A stretch of DNA of 64,000 nt from Laetmonice hystrix (lineage: Eukaryota). A program made the translations under genes and the position numbers. The stretch is from positions 10,666,001 to 10,730,000 of the forward strand of contig OZ249436.1 in NCBI GenBank assembly GCA_965235115.1, written 5' to 3'. Each line of letters begins with the position of its first letter. Position 1 is the first letter of the stretch. The notes below the pieces were generated by a model that saw nothing but the letters and a program-made list of their open reading frames with translations, was not told where the DNA came from and did no database searches. Shown in pieces: positions 26,801-38,600 of the stretch.

Positions 26801-27935
26801 GGCCACCATGTTGCCTTTGATATCCCAGCATGCATCTCTCCGACGGTCAACGAGCACTGAAATTTCTCGGTTCGAGAGATGTGACTGTCTTTATTGTGTC
26901 GCATCGTGCTTTTCCAGCTTGCAGATATGAGAGATAAGTTAGTTTGAGTTTATTTATCAATATTTCATCAACATATAGAGACAAGGGAGGGCTTTTCATG
27001 GAAAACAGAGGATTTGTCCGGGTACGCTCGGAAATTCTGAACGGCGACCTTCGGCTCTGTACAGAGCACAGAGCCGAATTCTTTGGCTAGCCGCCGCGGT
27101 GCTACTGGTCACTCAATCGGCCGCTGCTCGAAATCGGCTGCCCGTAATAACCTACAGACGATCGGGCGTGGCATGCGGCACCCCCCCGGCTCTGCCGTCG
27201 GAGCCGCCCGCGGGACTAAACTTATCACTAACCCTACTAACACTAACCCTAGGCCTAACCTTAACCTTAACTCTTCTGGTCGGGTACGGCCGCCCGTAAC
27301 TTACGCGCGGCCGATTTCGAGCGGCGGCCGATTTCGATATAGGCCCCTATACACCATAACCCTAACGTTAACCATACGGGCAGCCGAACCGGCAGGTGGC
27401 CGAAATGGACGCACACCGCGTCGAATCCCCCTCCCCACCCATCCCGGTAGGCATGGTGGGGCCTTTGCCACTGTGGTGGAACCAGGGGGGGGGGGGGTGG
27501 CTGGGGGGTGGGGGGGGGGGGGGATTTTGAAAATAGCTAGGGCTACCTGTTGTGGCTGTGTAGATCTTATAGTTTTCTCAGCATTTTAAGATGCTGATAT
27601 CAAAATCTCCGAAGTATTCTTTGTCCTCGTCCCCCAGTTTCTTCCTTGTTTTGGGATCTCCCAACTAGGGTTCCCAACTAGGATCTTTGCAAGCCAAGGA
27701 TTGTGAAATCACGTGTTGGTGACCTACCTTCAGATCCTCTTCTTCGTCTTCTCCTTCCCATTTATCATCGACAGCTGGCCGCTTATCTAGGTCCTTAGGG
27801 ACGAAATCCTCCGCATCTGGGGGGTAAACGTCATTGCGGATTAGCTTTCTTACAAAACCTCAGAAATATAGAAGACATTAACAAAATATGACTTATTATA
27901 TTTGGCTAATTCTTACCCCATTCGGCATCCGACAT
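17847..27935 (-). CDS. EIF3J: Eukaryotic translation initiation factor 3 subunit J, 9 exons, 242 aa
   Basis: Exons 27935-27917, 27816-27728, 25664-25616, 25400-25300, 19682-19565, 19288-19176, 18516-18459, 18235-18165, 17957-17847 (729 nt). Translation: MSDAEWDAEDF...DKWEGEDEEEDLKDNWDDEDEE...KKKKPLKDRIAEKE...QEESDLQLAKEAFG...NPRTKEEFDKF...DDLKKLGSTI...NEKLK...YDACDDFI*, matching eIF3j/Hcr1 signatures. Confidence 0.95.
22918..23081. mobile_element. Palindromic MITE, PIF/Harbinger-like (3-bp CTG TSD)
   Basis: About 75-bp near-perfect inverted arms (GGCCCGGTTTCAGAAAGG...CCTTTCTGAAACAGGGCC), flanked by ctg (22915-17) and ctg (23082-84). Confidence 0.85.
23627..23775. mobile_element. MITE, PIF/Harbinger-like (3-bp CTG TSD)
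   Basis: About 30-bp TIRs (GGCCCCGTCTTACTAAGCCGGCGACATCGCC / GGCGATGTCGCCGGCTTAGTAAGACGGGCCC), flanked by ctg on both sides. Confidence 0.85.
24458..24744. mobile_element. hAT-like MITE with 5-bp TSD
   Basis: TIRs TAGGGATGTGC / GCACATCCCTG, flanked by ggtat on both sides. Confidence 0.75.
27050..27395. mobile_element. Helentron/HINE-like or fold-back non-autonomous element
   Basis: Inverted repeat 27116-27138 / 27310-27332, internal TAACCCT/TAACCT repeats, and an 11-bp hairpin at 27050-27078. Confidence 0.5.
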
Positions 27936-29681
27936 GCTGACGGCGGCGGTGTGTCACGTTGACTGTGTAATCGCGCGAGACTAAATTTAGGTGCCACAAC
28001 ATTAATTAGTTTAAAGCCGTAAAGGCACGTGGGAGCTTCTGTCACTTTAGAAATGTGACAGTCGTAAGCCTGTACCAAAACTATTTCCGAAACATCCAAC
28101 GTAGAACAACAAGACACGGTTTAAGCATTAACAATCCAACAATAAAAATACTTTGCCCTAGCAGGAGGTTGATTTGCACAGTACCTACACCAGGTGGCGA
28201 CAATTGCTGGCTCTGATCTGAGACTACCTATTGGAAACACCAGAGGGCAGCCCGGACTGGATACTTTACCGCGCCTCCCACCCCGAGTGGTCGGGAGGCC
28301 ACGTGCTGACGAGGACAAAGAAGATTTGAGAGCTTTTGGCCCGATATCACACCGGGACAATAAGCAGGGATCTCGGAACAGGTGGGATGGGGTGGGGGGG
28401 GGGGGGAAATCTAGGTTGACCATGTGAGACGGACGCAGCGCCAGGATTTTTTCCAAGGGGGTGGGGGTGGGGGGGTGGCGGGTTGCAATCATCTAGTCTG
28501 AGAAGCTAGACTAGCTATAGTCGTTCAGCAGTCATACCGTGGTTCTTTGAGGAAAGAATTGGACAACATTTTTTTCTGGGTTTTCTAAGGGGGGGGGGGG
28601 TGTTGCAACCACCCGGGCCCCCCCCCCCCCCCACACACACACACACCGATCCCCCCCCCGGATCCGGCCCTGGGCTCAGCCTGGCCTCAGGCTTGCGTGG
28701 TTCCCCTCCCAATTTAACTATAAATAATTCCGGACAACACCCCTGAATATAAAGTCCTAAATTTAGTATTTCCCTTACCGTAGCGTAGGCGTAGCGTTGG
28801 TACACATAGGCCTATCTATAGATCTAGGCAGGGGCGCCGCTTGGGGGGGGGGGGGGGTGCCCCCTTTTTTTGGTGGCGCCCTGGAAAGGTGATGCACTTG
28901 AAGGCCTCTAGAAATTAGGCCTAGCTAGCCTATAGATCTAGATTTTTGGGGGAAAGGTCAAACACGGACACGTCCTACAAAGTTCTGCCTTCTGGGTTGT
29001 CTCCATCTCCAGAAAAGCATAGAGTCTACAATTCCTATCGAGTTCATGCTCCAAGACAGAGCCCTGATTCCAAGACCAGGGTGTGTGTGTGTGTGTGGGG
29101 GGGGGGGGGGGTAATTTGCATGATTCGTTTGGGGTATCCTATATTTCTCGTTATAAATTTGCAATCATTCCTTTTTTTGTGGCTTCTATACATGTACGCC
29201 TATTTAGATAGGCCTAGCTATGTAGGCCTAGCCCTAGCCCATATTTTTTGCTCGTGAGGGTAAAATAGGCTACACTAGACGACTAGAGGCCGCGCATATC
29301 CTATAGGGCCTAGGCCTATACAAAGGCTAATCATTTCCTGGAATTCCCTAAATTTAGTGTCAGAATCAAGAACGACCTAGGCCCTAAACATCAAATTATG
29401 TGCGTCTCCAAGCTGATGGATGCAGTGCGGTGTTGGGGCCTGTGCATCCGGATGGCCGCGCTCTGGAAAGCTTCATAGTCATTATGTACGCCGGAAATGA
29501 TCAAAGTGGCGAAAATGGTGCGCAGTAAGTAACATCCGGGCACCGTGGACCAACTTTTGTAATGGCGGTCTAAGGTGGTAACTAATGCGAGCATAGACCC
29601 TTAGAAAAATACGCGCCGCACTGGATTTCTTGATCAACAAACGGGCCAGTAATTCGTCTTGATGTAACCAAGAATATAAAG
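27936..29681. promoter_or_regulatory. Divergent (head-to-head) promoter region of EIF3J and MASK
   Basis: The two start codons are 1.75 kb apart on opposite strands. The interval is CpG-rich with G/C runs, has YY1-like AAAATGG/AATGGCGG at ~29512 and ~29561, and a CTCF-like site at 28188-28199. Confidence 0.75.
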
Positions 29682-32600
29682 ATGCAGAATGTAGGTCAGA
29701 ATGACGGCTCCGATTCGCTGGAAGGTATCAAATGCATGGATGTTGGACAGGCGAGTTTGACACCATCGTCGGGTTCGCCCGTAATAGAAAAGGCACAAGT
29801 GCTTGCTGCTCTTCAGCCAAACTTTATGGATTTGTCGGCCAGCGACGAGGAAGAGGCATCCGAGGTAAATACTGAGACCATATTGTGTTGCTTTTAGGCG
29901 CTATTGGGATATCCTCGAAGTAGTCTGAAGGTCGTGTGCAAATGACAACCTACGTCTTATAATATCAGTATTATCACCCTTCAATTTTCATGGCTTCGTT
30001 CATCATGGGCAGGTCAGTCGGGCAGTGCAACGTGTGTCTCGCTTGACAGTGACACCAGCGACAATGTGTCTGGACTCTGGGGTAGATGGGTACCCGTCTG
30101 TGTCATGTACCTCATGTGACCGTATCATAAAAAGCAGTAGGATCTGCCTATATTTGGAGGCCCTTGGCTTAGGTTCTTCGTTCCAGACATCGTGTTTGAA
30201 TCGGATTCAGCAGTGTCTGTCTGGTGGTCTACCACGGCTACCACTACCACATCATCATGGAACGGATCACTTAGAACTTAATTTATAGAAGAGTCTTAGA
30301 AGTTAGACGAGTCAGCAGCAGTCATAATGTAGGCTATTTCGATATCAAATGGATTGAGTGGTTAAATAAAGACCTTAAATAGGCCAGTACCCCGCCCCTA
30401 AAGTAAAAAATCAACTAGCCCGGATGAAAAATTATTAGCCCACACGATGGTTTCCAAACGTCTGATGCCCGGATCTGTTTTGCAATAAATTAGCCCCAGG
30501 CAGGCCTATCTCCAGAATATGCTACCCGCCAACCAAACCGGGCATGTGTTCTGTGAATGTCTAGTCGCCTGAGCTCGAATTCTGTCACCTCGGTCGACTC
30601 CAAATGCCACCCCTGATAAGGCATAACCCATGGCATGTTCTTTGTCACTCAGGCCTGTTTCTGACTGCATAGGTGACTTGAATAATAGATCTGCATTTTC
30701 CAATTTAATGTGAAAAATCTGACTGAAGTTGTTTATTCAGATTTATCTTTATATTTGATTGCTGCCAGATGCTCTGCATGTTAGCCAGGACATTGGCCCA
30801 CAAAATTATTGTCCATATCGGCTTCCCCGGTCCCTGCAGCCAAGTGGCTGAGCGAGCTCTCACCTGAGCACGGGCTGATGTCGATAATGCCAGAGAGTGT
30901 GGCTGTATTATATATTATAATCCAGTCAGTGCCACTGCCAGTGTCATCAGTTTCAACTTATTTGTAGCCTTACTGATGATTGTAACTGTAAGCATGTGAA
31001 CTAACTACTTGAGCGAAGTTAAGGTCAATGTTAAAAAAATAAAGCGGCAAAACGTGTCAACGTGTAGCATAACGTGTCAAAATCCATGGCAAATTGGCCA
31101 CCACCACCTTCACATAAAGAAACCTGCCCCTACACATCTCTTCGTAAGTTCGTAGATGGAAGGGAAATGCTTTCCTAGACGGGGCGACACATGCTTTTTA
31201 TATTGATTGCTGTTTGAGGGGATTGAACTAAAATGCAGCCCGGTTCTAGAGCTAGATGGAAAAGTAGTAGCGTTGCTCAGGCTTTCACGTCTGTAGTTTT
31301 GTCAAGAGCAGTTGATAGAGCTCTCGTTGATTTATGATGGGGAGCTATTTTCACTCTCCGTCATAGTCCCACAAACCACAAGAACATTTTCAGGCAGTGC
31401 GGTCAGTCGCACCAGATCACAAAAAATAATCTGCGCGATGGAGCGCAGGCGTGACCGTATTCATTTAAAAGGAAAGCCTGTTTGCTGCATGTGGAAACTC
31501 AAACCGATGGGGCATGGCACTGGCCATTGGCCAGTGCTGGTAGGGTACCTTTTCATATTTTACTTTTTAGATGCCAAATGGTACATTCTGAGGCCAACTT
31601 TTGTTTTTTTTGGGCACATTTCTATTTCTGTAGAGATTACTCTCTTGGGTCAATAGATTCCGGAAATTTTTAGCACTGCCCTGTCAAATGACAGCATTGC
31701 GCTCTCAGATGACAGTGTTGGGGTAAAATGTACAGCGTTGCACTCCACAATGTTGAGAGATTTATCTAGGTAGCTAGAACTCTGAAATGTTGAACAAGTA
31801 GCAAAAATGCAAGCTGGGAAAAACCGTGCACTTCATTGGCAGATATTTGGGCCATGTCTGTCTAGGCCTTTAGAAATGTATTTTTCCACTCACCTGAATC
31901 ACCTTTTTTCGAAAAACAGTGACTGGTGCTGGAACTGGAAGCCCAATGGAAAGAGCAGCTGGGCAGACCCACAGCTGGTTTTAGACACTGACTGGTTTCC
32001 AATATGGGCATGCTCTTAGAGGTCTAGGGCCCAGGGGTTGGGGCATGACAGCTCAGTGGCTAGTGCTAGCTTCAAGCTGCTGAAATAGTTAATAGTCGCA
32101 TTTCCCTAGGTGTGTTTGCACAGCTGGCTTACCACATTGAACCAGTGTAATGTAACAGAGATATTGAGTGGTTGAATCTATGATCTTTAAAAATGGGGGC
32201 AGTCTGCTTCGAATTCAGTTTAATTCATAAATTGGTGTCTTCTTCAATTTCTTGCCATTTAAACCGTCTATTGTTGAAGAAAAAGTAAAGAATGAAAGAT
32301 TCTAACAAAATCGTCCACCAGAAATTTGGTTGGCCCCAACCTTTGCCCACTTGCCTCAAAGTAAAATTTTCAGATTTGTTTGAGCCCCAAAATGTATTTT
32401 TAAAGTTTTTTAGTGTCATTGAAATGTTGGCACTGGCAGCCAGCCTTCCTTGCACCAGTTAGAGTTAATTTTTTTTAAATTTTCAAGTCATAGTGTGACT
32501 GTGTTGATCTTTATCTTGAAAATAGTCTTGAAATCTGTGAACAGTAAGTTAGTAACTTGTCTCACAGTGACACTGAGCACAAAACATTTATAAGAACAAG

Positions 32601-35600
32601 AATATTTCAATAAGGACAGTGTTTGTTAGCACTGCTAAGCAGTGTTCCCATCTAAAATTATTTTTAACAATGACCCCATGGAACATTTCAAACTAGCCTT
32701 TACCACTGATATATCATCGGTACCCCGGTACTAAAAGTGACTCTCGGCATGAATCTATTCTGAAGTCTGATGGGGCATCAGTAAGACTTCCGGCTCTGAT
32801 TCAGAATTGGAGGAATCATGCTCAGGCTTATGTATGTAGCAAAATTTAACATGCGATGCATGTGCTGAAAAACATGGTGGCCCGTGGGGACGTAAGTAAA
32901 GAAATCAATTGCAGTTGCACGATAGGAATTTCTTGTTGCGATTTTGCGAGTCCTGCACATGTAACCACTAGTGCTGAGGCTGTTAAGAAATCTTCAGTGA
33001 GGTAATCTAAACTTGTCTGCCTTTGGCCATTTTTAATGTTGTACTATAAAATTATTTAATGTAGTAGACTGTTGGCATCAGTGAAATGGTAGATCTAGTA
33101 TTAAGTTGTAAATATTTCCCGAAAAGGTTCACTTAAATTTTAAACCAAAAATATTCAACATTGAGCTGAGAAATGCAGAGTGGATTTGGTCACTAAATTA
33201 GTGCCTGAAATTCGATCAAAATAACTCCCTATTTTTTCCATTTTAAAATTTTCTCCCAGAAGCTTATGTACATACTGTATATTTTTAAATGCATACATAC
33301 ACTGATACAACCTTGACCTTATTTTATCTCAGCAATTGTCCATTAATCTGTGAGAATAAGAAAGGAGATCGCTGCCGTTGTCAGTCATAGCGATAAACAT
33401 GATGAATGAAAATCCCATTGCTTACAGAACTTACATGTTTGAATAGATCACACGTCCTGGAAAGCCCTGGAATTTTAAGTTTCCACTTTCCATGCCTGGA
33501 ATGTCCTGGAAAAATACTAATTTTCCTAGAATAATGCTGGAATGTCCTGGAAAAGGCGTTTCTGGCTCATTTCAAAACATTGAAATCCCTTTAAATTATA
33601 ACTAACCTAATATTTTTCAAATAATCTTAAAAGTTCTGGGTTCTCGTTCTGAAGGGGGAATGAAAAAGTGAAAAGTGCCAGTAACATTAGACACTAGTAT
33701 TTTTGTTTTGGCTGGCCGAATCAAATAAAATTTTGTAGAAAAGAATAGTAAATTGCATCCATTTTACGTTTCAACATTATGTTTCAGGTGGAATCATTTA
33801 TCTTAGAACATGATGAACTAGAAGATGGAGAACCTGCACTTGACACCTCTCAGTTCTTGTTGTCACCAGAAAACATTGAAGGTACAGACCTAAGGAACGT
33901 AGATCCTGAGACCCAGGCTCGTTTAGAAGCATTGCTGGAAGCTGCTGGTAAGTAGTCTGACTGAACTGAACTGGAAATTTGTTAATGAGTCATTCTGGTC
34001 AAGGTTACTCAGCCAGAGGATGTCCTCAGGTGATCATCTAAGATTTTGATGAAAATTAAGCATAATGTGCCATGTGTATTGAGGAAATGGCTAATTCTAT
34101 CTTTCAACAAGTGGTTCTAAAAGTATCCCAGATTGAAAATAGCGGCCAACATTGCTTTCCTCGCTTCTTTTAAAAAGGAAACTTGCAACTTAACCAGTGG
34201 GATTTCTTTCTTTCATTAGGCATTGGTAAATTGTCCACAGCTGATGGAAAGGCCTATGCCGATCCTGAAGTCTTAAGGCGTCTCACATCATCTGTTAGTT
34301 GTGCCCTTGATGAGGCTGCAGCAGCACTGACAAGGATGAGAGCAGAACAACAGGGCCAGCTTGCCCAGGGTGATAGGTATGCATAAATGTATCACCATTA
34401 CTTTCCCAAGTTGTGATTAGTTTCATAAAGTATATTATGGTGGATATTTAAAAGATTGCTGAAGTAGAACAGCATGTAAAGACTTACAAATCAACATAAT
34501 GTGTTCCATACTGTGATACAAGCGCCTCTGGTTGTTATCATGAAGAAGCTATCATCTCAAGTTCTCATCAAGGAATGATGACATGTCAATAGGTCACTGT
34601 GACCTTAAAGTATGTGTTCTATTAGTAGCAGGTCATTAGCAGAGGCTTGCAGTGATGGGGATATTGGCACTGTGCGCAAACTGCTAGATGAAGGCAGGAG
34701 TGTTCATGAAACCACAGAGGAAGGAGAGAGTCTTCTGTCGTTAGCCTGCTCTGCAGGATATTATGAGCTTGCACAGGTAAGTTTTTTTTAAAGTATAACT
34801 GATATGTTGTTGACTTGGAGTGTAGGAGAAAAGGAGACTTAGTAGGAATTTATGACCGTTACGACTTTTTTTTAAAGAACTAGCTCATTATTACGCTGGC
34901 CAGTTTTACAATTAATCCAAGAAGTATTAAATTGATAATGGACATTTTGGAAGTATCTGATATAAGATCCAAATATGTGGCCCAAAACTTTTCAACGTTG
35001 TCATTTCGTCTGAAACATTTCACATACACTGATCTGCTGACAGACTTTTTGGTGATCATGGGTTTCATCTGTTGAATGTGACCCTTTAAACTTTTGCAAG
35101 TCTCAAGAATAGCATGAAAGCCAGCACTGTTGTAGTTTTATTGATAAGGTCAGTGAAACTTGTGTTTATCATTTGCAGGTATTGTTAGCAATGCGTGCAA
35201 ACGTAGAAGATCGTGGAATCAAAGGAGATTGCACGCCTCTTATGGAAGCTGCGAGTGGAGGCTATGTTGACATTGTCAAACTGCTCATCTTACATGATGC
35301 TGATGTCAATGCGCAGTCTTCAGCAGGTAAGGAATATGTGCCAGGAATAGTAGTAGACTAGTAGGGTGATAAAATCTTATCGAAGAAATATTGTGGACTT
35401 TTCTTTAAATTAGGTGTATTGAATAAAAATGTTTCTCACAGCGTTGTGTGAAGAAAATTGTATCATTTTCATATGAATGTAGAAAGTAATTTTAAATTGA
35501 ACTGATTTTATATTAAGCACACATATGATGTACTTTATCCCTTGTGTTCAATCTTTTAGGTAATACCCCTCTGCACTATGCTGCTTGTGGTGGCTATGAG

Positions 35601-38600
35601 AATGTCGTTCGAGTGTTGATCAAAGGGGGTGCCAATGTGGAGGAACACAATGAGAATGGCCACACCCCTCTGATGGAGGCAGCCAGTGCAGGTAAAGTGA
35701 ACGTTGCCAAGATCCTGCTGGAAGCTGGTGCTGGTATCAACACCCACTCGAACGAGTTCAAGGAGAGTGCCCTCACCCTGGCCTGTTATAAAGGTAAGTG
35801 AGACCAAGGCAGATCGTCCACGATGTTGAACTACTCTGACCTTTATGGTTGAAAAATAAGGGGCATGTTAATGTGGCACCGAAGGTACTTCAAGGTGAAT
35901 GTTCAAGAATGAAAATGATAGTTTTTGTCACATTATGTTTTATAAAAGTTAGACTCAAATTGTAGCTTTACTTACATATTTGATATTGAAGGTCACTTGG
36001 ACATGGTGAAGTTCCTGTTAGAGGCTGGGGCAGACCAGGAACACAAGACAGATGAGATGCACACTGCACTGATGGAGGCCTCCATGGACGGCCACGTAGA
36101 GGTCGCTCGGCTTCTCCTGGACAGCGGGGCACAGGTGGGTTGCATGATGTAGCAGCTGTTTTTATCAGATACGGGGGTATAATGTATTAATGTACTGTAT
36201 AATCATATCGACTCAGTCATCCCTGATCATATAGAACTATTTCTCTAGGTCTTTTGAAGAGAAGTAATGGATAGTTCAAGGATGTCTGATTTGTCTCACC
36301 CGGTCCAGTCGGGGCAAGTTGATAGAAGGGGTGGGCTAGTCCAACAGACCAAAGACAATGGTTTGATGGCTAGTGCTCTGACCCAACATAGACTTAATAA
36401 CAAGTGTAGAGGGCATGTGGATGTCATAGCCAGGCAAGTGGAATTTTGTAGTCCACTTGTCCTGTGGCAAGGGATGAGTTTGAAAAATCAGCCACCCCTG
36501 TAGTTGATGTAAGTTGCCAGAGATCTAATGCTAGATGCTTGTGATTGTACAGGTTAACATGCCAGCGGACAGCTTTGAGTCTCCCCTAACTCTGGCAGCC
36601 TGTGGAGGCCATGTTGAACTTGCCAACCTCCTCATAGAGCGGGGTGCAAACCTTGAAGAAGTGAACGATGAGGGTTACACTCCACTGATGGAGGCAGCAC
36701 GAGAAGGGCATGAGGAAATGGTAGCTCTTCTATTGGCACATGGTAAGACTCATTTTATATTTCTCTCCCATATCACAGTCAAAAAGGCCTAGTTCATATC
36801 TGTACAGGTAAAGAGTGAATTCTTACCTGGGTTAAGAGTTAATTGTCTTGATTGGCCATTGTTTTTTGGGACAGTAATTATGAAAGTCAGTCGCTCAGAC
36901 ATAATCCTCCTGTTTCCAGGTGCTGAGATAAATGCCCAGACGGAAGAGACGCAGGAGACGGCGCTGACCCTGGCGTGCTGTGGTGGCTTCCTAGAGGTGG
37001 CTGACTTCCTCATCAAGGCTGGGGCCCACATTGAGCTGGGATGTAGCACACCTCTCATGGAGGCTGCACAGGAAGGCCATCTCGACCTTGTCAAGTACCT
37101 GCTGAAGCAGAATGCCAATGTTCATGCCCAGACCGGTACTGGAGACACTGCTCTCACATATGCCTGTGAAAATGGGCACACAGATGTGGCAGAAGTACTC
37201 TTGGAACATGGTGCAGAGCTTGTAAGTTTGGATTGTTGAACTCAAGGCAGACGTTCATATATACTTGCTTGTTGTTGTAAATGTGGCCTGGTTAAAATGA
37301 TTACTTTCACAAGTAGAAGCTAGGCGTGGCTGTCATTGGAGATGTTGTTTAATGCAGCATAGATGTTCACTCATGTTGGCATCTTGTACGTGTACTTTAT
37401 CATTAGGAGCACGAGTCTGAAGGAGGTCGAACTCCATTGATGAAGGCTGCCCGAGCTGGACATCTCTGCACGGTTAAGTTCCTCATCAGTAAAGGCGCTG
37501 ATGTTAATCGGCAGACCACCAACAATGACCACACCGTGCTCTCGTTGGCCTGTGCTGGGGGACACATGAATGTTGTGGAGCTCATTCTTTCCCATGGTGG
37601 GGACCCCACACATCGGCTCAAGGTTTGTGTGCAATCTTGAATCCTGATATCTGGTTAACAGTCTCGAATTTGTAGGCTGCTTGAAGATTTGTGTTGCCCC
37701 CATTGCTTGGGTGTAATGACTTGTTTCATTCTTTAATTTCATAATGGATTTTTTTCTTTGACAGGATGGTTCCACGATGTTGATTGAAGGTGCCAAAGGT
37801 GGACACACACAAGTAGTGACTTTGCTGCTTGATTACCCCAACTCCCTTCTGTCACCAACTCCAGATGTTACCCAGCTGGCTTCTCCAGACACACGTCTAA
37901 ACATGAACGAGGTGGGTCTGGTCTCTCTTGTCCATAATGGTTGGTCTTCACAATATTTAAGTATAAGGCATGTGTGCTATCATTTCTGGTCAGATGTGAT
38001 AAAAATCTAGAATGGACGATGCATCTTTATATTGAGAAAAGTTAGGGGCCATTGCATATTTAGAGAATATGGTGATTTTATTCACTATATGTATCAGTAC
38101 TATCCTGAAAGGTTTATTTCTTTGTTTAATAATGTAAAAAGTAACTGGAGTATATTTCAGAATGGAATGTTACGGATGAGTTCACCATGTAGGGAGAACT
38201 GAGAGGCTTTGGTTTATTGTTATTGTTCGCCTGAAGAAAAATTGCTTTGAGGTTAAATATGCACCGACATACAGTGGCCTTTAAAAAGTTTTTCATTTGA
38301 TCATGCAGAAAAACTGACCGTTGCACTGTTATAATTCCAGCTGCCCCGTGTCCCAATGCAAGGCCTCAATAACATTGTACCGCCACAGGACCCAGACCAG
38401 GTGCCCATCACATCGGGCAACTACTCGACAAGTACACAGTCAGGTGGGCCATACATCACTCAATGATTTCCATTACTCATGAACAATTTTTCCAATTTGG
38501 TTGGTATACCCTGTTGTCTAAAGAATGTTCTTTTTTTAAAAAGTGTGAAGAGTTCACGACCATGCAGAACATAATCTGAAAGCAGATGTCTAAATTCCAA

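Noticed and set aside
27083..27589. 168-aa GC-rich ORF and TAACCC telomere-like repeats
   Set aside because: It lies in an inverted-repeat element within an intron. The repeats are degenerate and not a telomeric array.
30825..32200. tRNA-like A-box fragments (~30830, ~32040)
   Set aside because: No cloverleaf or B box. At most decayed SINE heads.
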